From contig QPMI01000002.1 of the NCBI GenBank assembly GCA_004431415.1, positions 1 through 54,908 on the forward strand: a DNA stretch of 54,908 bases. Reading direction: 5' to 3'. Numbering within the stretch: the first letter of the stretch is position 1; every line of letters starts with the position of its first letter. This stretch comes from Cyanophora paradoxa CCMP329. Taxonomy: Eukaryota; Plantae; Glaucophyta. Positions 1 through 9,738 of this stretch are shown here, piece after piece. Under the pieces are notes generated by a model that worked only from the letters and a program-made list of their open reading frames with translations, did not search any database and was not told where the DNA came from. Position numbers and translations under genes: made by a program.

Positions 1-235
1 TTTTGTTGGTTTCTCCATGGGGGGCTATCTGTAATATTTCGGGAATTTGTGCAATTGCATTTGATCCTTCATTATAGATTCTTAAACCACTCTGATGCCC
101 ACCCTTCTCATTTTGAACATTGAATATTAACCTACCACTATCGAATCGAGTTGGAATATCTGGATGGGTTCACTGGTTTTCAGTTTTCTTGGTCTGCTCC
201 CCACCTGATAATGAGAGAATTACACGAAGGGGCAT
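1..235 (-). pseudogene. Inverted partial copy of the large fibre gene, lacking its ~87-codon N-terminus; runs off the window
   Basis: Minus strand encodes ...THPDIPTRFDSGRLIFNVQNEKGGHQSGLRIYNEGSNAIAQIPEILQIAPHGETNK. The nearest ATG (235, MPLRVILSLSGG) is out of frame as assembled. Confidence 0.55.
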
Positions 236-745
236 CTTTACTTAACTCAAATTTAATAAATCTCTATAAGTAGAGTAAATTGGGATGAGTTTCAATTATC
301 CAGCAAACCTGCAAACCATTCCTTCATCAGGAAGAGGGAAGGCAGATAACAAACATGTAAATTCGATAACTTGACAGCCAGAGGGTCAATCTCAATCGAC
401 CATAGTGCAGATGAACCCTCAAAGACTCACCCAAGAATGCATGCACTTTCAATAAACGAAATGGATCCTGAAAAAGAGGATGTGAGTGTTGCTTTCAGCA
501 TGGGGAATGTGAAATCGAATCAGGTAGCCCAGATTAAAGCAACCAGGAGCAGACCAAGAAAACTGAAAACCAGTGGAACCCATCCAGATATTCCAACTCG
601 ATTCGATAGTGGAAGGTTAATATTCAATGTTCAAAACGAGAAGGGTGGGCATCAGAGTGGTTTGAGAATCTACAATGAAGGATCAAATGCAATTGCACAA
701 ATTCCCGAAATATTACAGATAGCCCCCATGCAGAAACCAACAAAA
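1..745. repeat. Inverted duplication of at least 200 bp (1-200 = reverse complement of 546-745), truncated by the window edge
   Basis: Manual alignment gives 5 substitutions and 2 single-base homopolymer indels over 200 bp. Four substitutions are synonymous in the fibre frame (GGA/GGT, AAC/AAT, TTG/TTA, TAC/TAT) and one is Ala/Gly. Confidence 0.95.
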
Positions 746-3597
746 TCGAGTTCACTAACAATGTTTATCCACGAGATATTGTGGCGAATTCGGCTTCTAA
801 TGCGCAATTCGGTTTCCAACTACCTGGTGATACAGCAAAGAATAAGGCGTCTATCACTGTCAACAGTAGCCCCACTCAACCAGTAACAATTCATTTACAC
901 CCAGACCTTGTCGAAATGGATAGGCACCTTTTACCTTGGTAACCAACACCAAAGATCTTGGTATCAGAACCAGGCAATGGCGAAATATCCATGGAAGCAA
1001 TGTGTATGCAAATGGTGAGAAACTGGTAAGTGAGAAGACCATAAGAGAGATCTTTGAATATTATGGACCTAATGGACCTGTCCCAGTTCCCTTTCCTCTT
1101 CCATGGGATCCACCAGATTTAACACCCAAAAGCAACCAGGAAGAGAGTATACAGCAGATGAGACAGTTCCCTTTGGGCAGCACATTGTGAGTTGGGAGCA
1201 GGTTCGAAATAAACCGATAATTGAACCAAGAAAGCAAATTGATGAGCAATATTTACCTCCCGAAATCGATATATTGGAGCTTGATGATTACTACTTCGTC
1301 CCAGATGAGGAGAATACCTACCAGACGGTTTTGACCCACAGGAATATGAGTATGATCAATATGACCCCAATGAGGAAGAGTATTTACCAGATGGTTTAGA
1401 TCCACAAGAGTATGAATATGAGCAGAATTATGAACCCCATGAGGAATATTTAGCAGATGGTCTCGAACCACCAGTTGTGGATTATGAGCAACCATATGAA
1501 CCCCATGAAGAATTATTACCAGATGGATTTCGCCCAGAGATTTGGGAATTCTTCCCAGATTGGGAGCAGATCAACAATAAACCAGCCAGATTTCCACCAG
1601 AGGATCACAACCATGACTGGGATGAGATATTAGGTAAACCAGACAAATTCCCACCAGAGGATCACAGGCATGACTGGGGTGATATTGATGGAAAACCAGA
1701 AGAGTTTCCACCAGAAGATCACAGACATAAATGGAGCGAAATAGATGAACAACCAAAATTCGCATCAGCAGGTGATGATTTCGACACCTTACATGGTGTT
1801 ACTCTCTACCAAAGTAATATCATACCAGAGAGATTAAGATTAGATGAATATTACCTGAATCTCAAAGGAATAGATGCAGGAACCAAAATGCAGGGTGAAT
1901 TATACATCAGACCCCCTACAAGGATGCAGATAATTGCAGCAGGCGGAAATTTCGGTTTGATGGACACCAAACCAGGTATCTATTTAACCAGTTACTATGC
2001 AGATGACATCCCAATGACAGGAGGATTGATCTCTCTACCATCTGATCCAGCAAACTATGATGACAAAGATGCAGCAATCCAAATTAATGTAACTGATGTT
2101 AGTGACTTAGATAGTTCAAGACCCAAATTAATATTCAGCAGAGAGAGATTGTTACCCAATGCTCTCATTGGAAATCGAGATGACTACAAGAGATGCGAAA
2201 TCTCATGGATAAAAACGAATTATAATGGTGGAGTTGGTGAGGGAGTTTTAGAAATCAATCAAAGGGCAGCAGCAAAGAATATTCACAATGAGACCATATC
2301 AAGAGTGGTAACAAGGATTACCTTCAAGCCCAAACTACATAGATGAAACAGAACTGAATACAATTATTGCAGGTATTAATATTGGTGTGACAGGTGATTA
2401 CCTCCCTCTCACAGGTGGAATAATTGATGAACAGTGACAGCATGTAACTTCTTTGTCCACACTGAAAGTAATCAAACCTTCCCAGTTGTACATCCAGGAG
2501 GTGAGTATGAGATCCCAGATGATCCAGCTATATGCCCATTAAGATTGACCTACCTTCTGATTATGTTGGAAGGGGTGAACTGAAAACGACTCTTTCACAG
2601 GAGATTATAATGATCTCCTCAATAAACCACCCCATCCAATTTACACCTGTTGCATACTCAGGTAGTTTCCTTGATCTGAATAATAGATCACACACCACAC
2701 AAAGGCAGAAATTATAGATTTTGCACACACTCACACCAAATCCCAGATAACAGATTTGCTCACTTCCACACCAGAGCAGATATCACGAATTTCGCTCACA
2801 CTCATTTTAAATCTGAAATCACAAGATTTCGCACACACTCACACAAAGTCACAGATAACAGATTTTGCACACACTCACACCAAAGGAGAGATTACAGACT
2901 TTGCTCACACCCATGTAAAGAGTGAGATAACAGATTTTGCACACACTCACACCAAAGGTGAGATTACAGACTTTGCTCATACTCATACTAAGTCTCAAAT
3001 ACAGATTTGCTCACACACACCTTGGGAGATATTACAGATCGACCTACTCTTGATCCATTCACAGCAACACTATTAGAGCAACAACACGATGTATGTAGGA
3101 TCAGGTCAGATTGTAGAACCAGCAGGACCTATGTTTGAAGAAACATGGTTCTTCCACAATTCGCAGAATTACTTTGATAAACCTTACTTGTTCGTGGAAT
3201 GCATATGCAAGGAATTTCTATGCTATGAACCCTCAATAATGCGACCATCAGTCGATGCATTACAGAAGCAGATCTTTCCAGTCAACTCAATGCATATTTT
3301 AATGGGAAAATTCAAGCAGGTAAGTATGTTTACACTACTCCTGTTTTAAATTACAATAATCTATATGTGTTCAATCTTACTATCTATTTACCAATGCCTT
3401 TGCTTCTCTCCTGTTGTTACAGCAACTGTAAGGCATGAAGGACAAGAACCAAATTATCAAGTAACTCCCGTCATTTTTACTGTGAACCTGTTGAATGTTT
3501 ACAGTAACTATTTCACTTGTGAACTTTTCACTGATCCATATGCATGAATAATTCATCCAAAACTGTAACAATCCATTACATTGCTGTCGCAATTTAA
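285..3597 (+). CDS. Large phage-type tail-fibre / virion fibre protein (~1,100 aa, broken by many 1-bp indels)
   Basis: Pieces joined across frames: MSFNYPANL at 285; HLLPLVTNTKDLGIRTRQWRNIHGS; acidic EEYLPDGxDPQEYEY repeats; KPxxFPPEDHxHxW repeats; DYLPLTGG; FTPVAYSGSFLDLNNR; HTHTKxxITDFA repeats; beta-rich head (PVVTATVRH...). Most of these motifs are typical of tailed-phage fibres. The 3' end is approximate. Confidence 0.75.
1308..1535 (+). repeat. ~66-bp coding repeat x4 (acidic EEYLPDGLDPQEYEYEQxYEPH)
   Basis: Recurrent ccagatgg / gagtatga / tatgaaccccatgagga units. Confidence 0.8.
1561..1755 (+). repeat. 57-bp (19-aa) coding repeat x~3.5, WxxIxxKPxxFPPEDHxH
   Basis: Visible in ORF 1477-2346: KPARFPPEDHNHDW / KPDKFPPEDHRHDW / KPEEFPPEDHRHKW. 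Confidence 0.9.
2688..3020 (+). repeat. 36-bp (12-aa) coding repeat x~9, HTHTKxxITDFA (phage-tail HxH repeat)
   Basis: Repeated acagattttgcacacactcacaccaaa units; ORF 2756-3076 shows FAHTHTKSQITD / FAHTHTKGEITD. Confidence 0.92.
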
Positions 3598-3616
3598 CTA
3601 TTTGATTAATATAAAG

Positions 3617-4657
3617 ATGACCTCTCTATTAGAAATCCAAACTATGAACTTGCAGCCAAATCACTGCACAGCACCTCTCATGGAGTAGTTGATTCAACCC
3701 TGGGTATATTTTACTGAAACTTCAAGTAATACCTCTTTCACAGAGAATAATATACTCAGAGTCAAAAGAAATTCGATGTGATAGGAATGGAGGCAAGATA
3801 AGAACCACAGGAATTATTATCTCGAATAAAATCAGGTTCAAGCAGGTCAAGTAGTCCCAGATTCAGCAATATATGATAATGTAGGTGGATTTACACAGCA
3901 CAGATAGTTTCTTTTGGTAACACAAGTAATACTTCCGCTCTTGTAGTCAAGAGTGGAGGAGCATACTTTGGAGAGCATTAAAGGTGAATGGAACAGTAAA
4001 CAGCATCCATACTAAATGCTGGGAAGTGGAATGTTTGAGAGTCCAATAAATTTTGAGGGTGGATATAATGCGAGTAGTTTTTCAGTTGGTGTTGGTGTCT
4101 TTTCCACAATGTTAAACACACCTGAAATTGAATCATCGAATGCACTCAATATCAAGAGAAATGCAGTGGTTACAGCAACCATAAACAATGTTTCCCCTTC
4201 AATAAATCTAATTAAATATCTGAAAGCTCCTCACCTCGGTTTTGTATTGTAAATTATTCAACATCAGCAGTTACTGTGGGAACCACATCAACAGCAAGAA
4301 GATTCGCTTTTAACAGAACTCTTGTGGATGCAAGCAATAATATCACATTATCCACAGGCACCTTTACAGCACCTGTGTCCGGAATTTATAGATTCTTCTT
4401 CATTGTTCAAATGTCAACAGCTTCATCAACAGGGGAGTGTAGAGTTGCATTTAGAAAGAATGATTTGGCTCTTTCCCCTCAATCGGTTCAAGAATTTTCA
4501 ACTTACAATGGAAGGCGAAGTGTTCATATGGAGGCTTCTTTTGCTGTATATGCGAACGAATTTGTGAATGTTATACAAACCTGGACATCGTCCTGCAATA
4601 TGATGCTACAATACAAGGTATTACCTGTTTTGGGGGCATCTCATCAGTAGATTATAA
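3617..4657 (+). CDS. Fibre paralogue A: shared N-terminal module plus C-terminal C1q/TNF-like head (frameshifted)
   Basis: Joined across frames: N-terminus ...RVKEIRCDRNGGKIRTT...ALVVKSGGAYFG. C-terminus FNRTLVD...GTFTAPVSGIYRFFF...V.V...FGGHL matches the C1q signature. Confidence 0.8.
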
Positions 4658-4677
4658 ACTTTTGTTGGAATTTATAG

Positions 4678-5689
4678 ATGGCTACCCAAATTGCAGTTCC
4701 TGTTTTCTGTTATGCAGCACCTAAATTGCATCAACTGAACCACACAGTTACAGATGCTATTCCCGGTTTATTTGCACAGAAACCACAGGAGCAGATTCGT
4801 TTACTCAAAATTTGATATCAGATGCAAGGAGATTCGATGTGATAGAAATGCTGGAAAAATAAGAACACACAATTAATCGTAAGTAACAGAATCAGGTGTT
4901 AACAGGTGTGTAGTTGCTGATGCAGCTATTTATGATGATGCAGGTGGGGTGACCACACCACAGATGTTACTTTTGATGGGACAGAAAATAATGCAGCACT
5001 TGTAGTTAAATCAGGTGGAGCATGGATAGGTTCGGGAGCTTTTGTGAATGGAACACTCTCAGCTGCAAACGTCTCAATTTCAGGCCAAACGACATTTACA
5101 GGTGTTGTGAATGCAAATGGTGGTCTTTTTGTTCCTACTTATACAGTCCCTGTGATGACCACAACCACAAAGATTCAAACACCTGAAATAGATACAGGAG
5201 CAAATGTAGATCTCATTCTGAAACGCAATAGCACAGAAGTCGCACGAATTGATGCAGGGGTCTTACAATCGCAGCAAACTTTATTTGAAGCAAGAAACCA
5301 ACTCGATTTTGTGTTGGGTTTGGTGTAGCAACAAGAAGTGGAGTATATGGGCGTCTTACTAATTGGTTGCATGAATTCTTTGATAATACCAACTCATTTG
5401 ATGTAGTAGAAGGGAAATTCACAGCGCCTATAAGTGGAGATTATAGATTCTCTCTTAATTCTTATAGTATTGTTACCTCATCTGTGAGTGTAGATCTGAA
5501 AGTAAATGATCAGAATGTTTCAACAGAATTCAATTTCAGGGTAAACAACTCACAAACAGTAACCAACAAAACAATCATTTTGAGCGCATACTCAGACTTG
5601 GAGCCGGGGATAATGTCTCTATTTATGCTGTTGATACTTCCATTTCAGAATTCACAACGTTTAGTGGCGAATTGCTGAGCATAATTTAA
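4678..5689 (+). CDS. Fibre paralogue B: shared N-terminal module plus C1q head (frameshifted)
   Basis: MATQIAVP...KEIRCDRNAGKIRT...ALVVKSGGAWIGSGAFVNG; head FDNTNSFDVVEGKFTAPISGDYRFSLN...TFSGELL. Confidence 0.8.
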
Positions 5690-5708
5690 TTTCTACAAGT
5701 AGTTTAGA

Positions 5709-5970
5709 ATGTCGAATATATACCAAGTAGTTCTGACTGATACCGAAAAGTTGGAATGGAATATTGCGCTGCTTCTGTTCAGGACTGGATTGATAATGCT
5801 GCCCACAACAGGGCAGAATCGCAATTGATGAGATTGTTCAGAAAGAGATCCAATCTTGCATCTCATCAGGAGTTCAGATACCAACCTCAAAGGAAGCGAT
5901 TGTATTACAGGCATTCCAAAGGGGAACTGTAAAGAAAGGCATCGAGTATAACAATGTCACAGAAGAGTAG
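5709..5970 (+). CDS. Small (~87 aa) phage-type protein, probable fibre assembly chaperone (2 frameshifts)
   Basis: Joined frames read MSNIYQVVLTDTEKL.MEYCAASVQDWIDNAAHNRARIAIDEIVQKEIQSCISSGVQIPTSKEAIVLQAFQRGTVKKG. From recall it resembles a small protein encoded directly after C1q tail-fibre genes in marine tailed phages; not verified by search. Confidence 0.6.
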
Positions 5971-6008
5971 TGTACATTATTTTTCTTTCCTTCTTAGTAA
6001 AAGAAGCA

Positions 6009-6846
6009 ATGGGTGAATATAATCGAGTTCAACTTCCAATATATTCCCTTGGATCCCCTGCTATGCACTTTCGCCAGCATGAAGTTAATGATGAGGTTCG
6101 TGGTTTAGAATCCACAGAGAGACCCAATTCCAATGGTAACTCCTTTGATAAGAATTCGATTATTCGAGTTAAAGAACTGAGAGCAGACAAGAATTCGGGT
6201 GTGGTTAAAACAACTCGACTCCTTGTCTCAAATGCGAACTTCTTCCAACCCACTAATGGAGTCCTGATGCTTACAGTGTAGACCTGAAAGCCCTCGATTT
6301 TGACAAGAATTCTGCTGCTGTAACTGTGAGATCAGGTGGAGCATTTATTGGTGGTGGTTGCAGAGTTTCAGGTCAACTCTCCTCATCAATTGCATACAAT
6401 GATGTCCCAGATACTCTTGAACAGAATGTTGAAGACCACAACGAATTCGATTATATATACCAGTTGCACAACAGCCAATTATTCAATTTTACCAAGGTTA
6501 TACTGTCACACTTGAAAACTCTGAATTGATTGAAGGAACCAAAGAGTAATGAGAGGGCTGGTCATTCCTTCTGCAATGCTTTCTTTATGTAGAGCCAACA
6601 ATAACCAGCCAGGTCACAGATACAATTTCAGTGTTCAAGGATATGATCATTTCGGCACAGGGTTCTGTGTTATAATAACAATTTCACCTATGATCTGTTT
6701 GTTACAGATATTGAAAATATACAATTACAGTTATGGGTATCAGAACAGATATAGCTGCTGTCTCAGCTCTAAGAGGTGTTACTCCTGATACTCTTCTCAA
6801 ACAGGGTTTTACCAGGAACCAGATGTGATTGATAACCCAACCCATA
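6009..6846 (+). CDS. Fibre paralogue C: shared N-terminal module plus non-C1q beta-rich head (frameshifted)
   Basis: MGEYNRVQLP...IIRVKELRADKNSGVVKTTRLLVSN...AAVTVRSGGAFIGGGCRVSG. End approximate. Confidence 0.7.
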
Positions 6847-6870
6847 AATTATATATTACTTTAATGTAAA

Positions 6871-7692
6871 ATGGCTGCCCCAGTAGAGCGAATTATTACA
6901 CCCAACTCTCATTAGCAGCACCTGCAAATCACGTTTTGCAGCATGCTACTTTTGATGATGTAGAAGGTCTCCAATCCACAGAAGTACAACCTACAATGAA
7001 TACCTTTGGTTCCACCATAAACTGAGATTGCAGGAACTCAGATGTGATAAAAATAATGGTATAGTTAAGACAACGAAACTCCTTGTGACAAATGCGAACT
7101 TTTCTGCCCATTATGGAGACCAGACAGTTATGGTGATCCTCTTTCTACTTATTCTTTTGAATCTCGGTCGGGAGCTATTAACTGCAAAACGGGGGAGCAT
7201 ATATTGGTGATGGTCTTCGGATTGGTGGAGCTGTTGGTGCGCCTCTTTTCGTAAATGATCAACCCAATCCCATTGATCCAACACCAGAATTCGCACCTAT
7301 GTCCCAGTATGAATGCACCATATATTATCAAGATCTTCCCAATTGTTGTGAATGAGCAGACATCAGTAGTTGATTCTCTTGTTGAGATTGGTGACCACTA
7401 CAAGGTGGTCGTGGATATTCCACCAGATGTTTATGCTGTCTGTCAAGTAGAGGGTGGAACCCCAAATATTGCAGTTGTAATCACTCCATATGACAATTTC
7501 GGGATTGCTTATCATGGAGTGAATTTCGGTCTTGAAGATTACCAGTTTTTGGTGAGAGCCACCAGATTTGGTATCTACAAATGCATTCTCTATGCTGAGA
7601 GAACCGATGCTATTGCAAGACAGAATACATATGCAGAATATTACGGCACAAATCGATACTTCCCCATTTTCGGGCAGGATACTGCTCCATAG
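6871..7692 (+). CDS. Fibre paralogue D: shared N-terminal module plus non-C1q beta-rich head (frameshifted)
   Basis: MAAPVERIITP...LRLQELRCDKNNGIVKTTKLLVTN...GGAYIGDGLRIGG. The head is in ORF 7255-7692 and shares a YDxFG motif with paralogue C. Confidence 0.72.
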
Positions 7693-7717
7693 AAATCTCA
7701 GGTATATATAGAGAGGA

Positions 7718-7989
7718 ATGGATGATAAAACAAAGAAATTCATAGAATCTGCAATGATGGTTCATGGTGATGCTAAATTCGATTATAGTGAGACAGTGTA
7801 TAAGAAAGCACAAGAGAAGGTCTCTGTTAGATGCCTTAAATGCAACAAGATCCTCCAACCTACCCATTTAATCATGTAAGGGGAAGTGGATGCAGAGAGT
7901 GCAACAAGAAATCCTCTCATGCTTACAGAAAAAAGACTACATCAGGAATTGTGATAGATGATAAACCAGTGGTACTGTACTTTGATTAG
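7718..7989 (+). CDS. Stand-alone DUF723-like zinc-ribbon protein (~90 aa, 1 frameshift)
   Basis: MDDKTKKFIESAMMVHGDAKFDYSETVYKKAQEKVSVRCLKC...QPTP.NHVRGSGCREC matches the FIxxAxxVHGDxYDYSxVxY...C..C...NHxxGxGCxxC module of viral homing-endonuclease-associated proteins. No nuclease domain follows. Confidence 0.75.
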
Positions 7990-8135
7990 ATCTTTGAGAG
8001 AGAAATGAGGATCTTTCCCCATTTTCCCTTTGTGATTATGCATGTGTCAAAGCAGTTTGGACAGGTCTTGTGGTAGTGCAGCAGAATGATATCCACCAAC
8101 TCATAAGGTAGCACTCTTGCTAAGATGGTTCGCAT
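7986..8135 (-). CDS. 49-aa ORF with F-box-like LPYELVDIIL motif and CxxC (below the ORF-track cutoff)
   Basis: MRTILARVLPYELVDIILLHYHKTCPNCFDTCIITKGKWGKILISLSKI*. Fills the gap exactly: its stop overlaps the convergent gene's stop, and it is divergent from speD across a 40-bp AT-rich spacer. Confidence 0.55.
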   Translation of the reverse strand: MRTILARVLPYELVDIILLHYHKTCPNCFDTCIITKGKWGKILISLSKI

Positions 8136-8175
8136 TCTACCAATCGCGTTTTTAATTTTTCTAAATTATTCATAA

Positions 8176-8580
8176 ATGAATACTCATCGAGGCTTCCATG
8201 TGATGCTGGATTACAAATTCAGAACCCAATTAGCAGTAGGAGTGGAAGACTTGGAGACAACGACCAGGTGGTTAATGCAGTTCTTACAAACTATTATTCA
8301 AGAGCAAGGTATTCGAGTAGTTCACAAGCATTGCGAGATTTTCGATGGTGGTATTTCTCCTCCTGGTTTTGCAATGGTTCTTCTGCTGGATGAGAGCCAC
8401 TGCACTGCTCATTGTTACTCAAATGAAGGTATGCTGGCGATTGATATATTCAGTTGTGGATTAGAAGCAGAGAGAAAAACCACGAGAGTATCTCATGAGA
8501 TAGATGAGAGAATAACAGGTGTGTTTCAGGGTTGGAGAAATCGGAGAAACATAGAGTATTGCGATTTCCGAGTTAGTTGA
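8176..8580 (+). CDS. speD: S-adenosylmethionine decarboxylase proenzyme (prokaryotic/viral class, pyruvoyl-dependent)
   Basis: GFHVMLD...HCEIF...PPGFAMVLLLDESHCTAHCY...GMLAIDIFSCG: the E|SH self-cleavage site and D.F.CG motif are intact. The last ~15 codons may be frameshifted. Confidence 0.9.
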   Translation: MNTHRGFHVMLDYKFRTQLAVGVEDLETTTRWLMQFLQTIIQEQGIRVVHKHCEIFDGGISPPGFAMVLLLDESHCTAHCYSNEGMLAIDIFSCGLEAERKTTRVSHEIDERITGVFQGWRNRRNIEYCDFRVS

Positions 8581-8597
8581 CACTGAGAAATTCAGAA

Positions 8598-9128
8598 TTT
8601 CAGATGGTCTTACTGAAAATGGTCAGATAATCGGGTGTGACACCTATTTAATTGACTGTGACGCCTGTGACAGGTGTGACACCTATTTTCAAACTTTTTA
8701 AAATTCTCACAAATTACAGACTTCTGAAAACACCTGTCACACCTGTCACACCCGTCACACCCAATTAACAAAAGACTCTATTTCTTACTGAGATATTCAA
8801 GAATTTATTGTTGTCTTACTGAAAACAGTCTATGTGACAGGTGTGACACCTTCAAAATCCACCCAACAATAGTCGATTTCATGAATACCTTTCTGTCTTA
8901 CTGAAAATGGTAAGGAGACCAGGTGTGACAGGTAGTTTAATTGAGTGTGACAGGTGTGACAGGTGTGACACCTATTTTCAAACTTTCTAAATTTTTCAAA
9001 AATGACAGACTTCTGAAAACACCTGTCACACCTGTCACACCTGTCACAGACATTCTACCCCTCTTACTGACTTTCTCAAAACAAATATATCTATTACTGA
9101 ATATCATTTGAATACTACCTGTCACACT
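8598..9128. repeat. Two ~289-bp units, each with (TGTGACAGG)x3 facing (CCTGTCACA)x3 across a ~50-bp AT-rich spacer, plus ~6 CTTACTGA boxes
   Basis: tcttactgaaaatgg at 8608 and 8896; cttctgaaaacacctgtcac at 8721 and 9010; further half-sites at ~8833-8850 and ~9117-9128. Confidence 0.92.
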
Positions 9129-9160
9129 TGAATTCAATTATTCTGTTTTATAGAACATAT

Positions 9161-9418
9161 GCAATCTAATCGATTGTTCAATTGGAGACCATGCAACTCT
9201 GTGACACTTTTTCGATCTAAAATATAAATCCGCAATCTCATCGATTGTTTAATTGGACATAATGCAGTTCCGATATATTCCAATAGAAAATCCCGCAATC
9301 TAATCGATTGTTTAATGGGAGATAATGCAACTCTGTGACACTTTTTCGGTGCAAAAATGTACATCAGCAATCTCATCGATTGTTCAATTGGACACAATGC
9401 AACTCTGTGACACTTTTT
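9161..9418. repeat. Four-copy tandem repeat (63-72 bp period) with ~35-bp core GCAATCTMATCGATTGTTYAATTGGA...ATGCA
   Basis: Copies start at 9161, 9232, 9295 and 9367. Three continue ACTCTGTGACACTTTTT, reusing the TGTGACA heptamer. Confidence 0.92.
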
Positions 9419-9738
9419 GCGTTTTTCGATACAGAATGGGCGGTGGTCTACTTCAATACATGAGAGATATATCGAGTTTATGCGAATTTATGCAATTTAA
9501 TCGCAATTATATCGATCTTTAAGCAGTTTAATGTTAATCTATCGCAGATTTGTATGTAAACAACAAAGTACATAATCAATCGATATAAGATCAATTGAAT
9601 CTATCGAAGTTTAATCGAAAATATGCATTTTGGTAAACGCGTTTTCATTTTTAATACAAAGTTTGCATTATTTTATACAAAGTTTGCATAAAAAGTTTAA
9701 GAAATTAATCGAAAAATATGTATTTTAGTATTAAATTA

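Noticed and set aside
1-745. Fold-back sequencing chimera as the explanation of the inverted repeat
   Set aside because: The substitutions are mostly synonymous third positions and there is a 345-bp unique core. A misjoin of two element copies is still possible.
2688-7692. Diversity-generating retroelement acting on the fibre heads
   Set aside because: No reverse transcriptase and no template/variable repeat pair with adenine-specific differences is visible in the window.
9161-9418. CRISPR-like look (~35-bp repeats with 28-37-bp intervals)
   Set aside because: Three of the four intervals begin with the same 16 bp, the repeats are degenerate and there are no cas genes; it is a tandem repeat.
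8937-9522. Short ORFs with VTGVTG or MCPIEQS repeats
   Set aside because: These are translations of non-coding terminal repeats.
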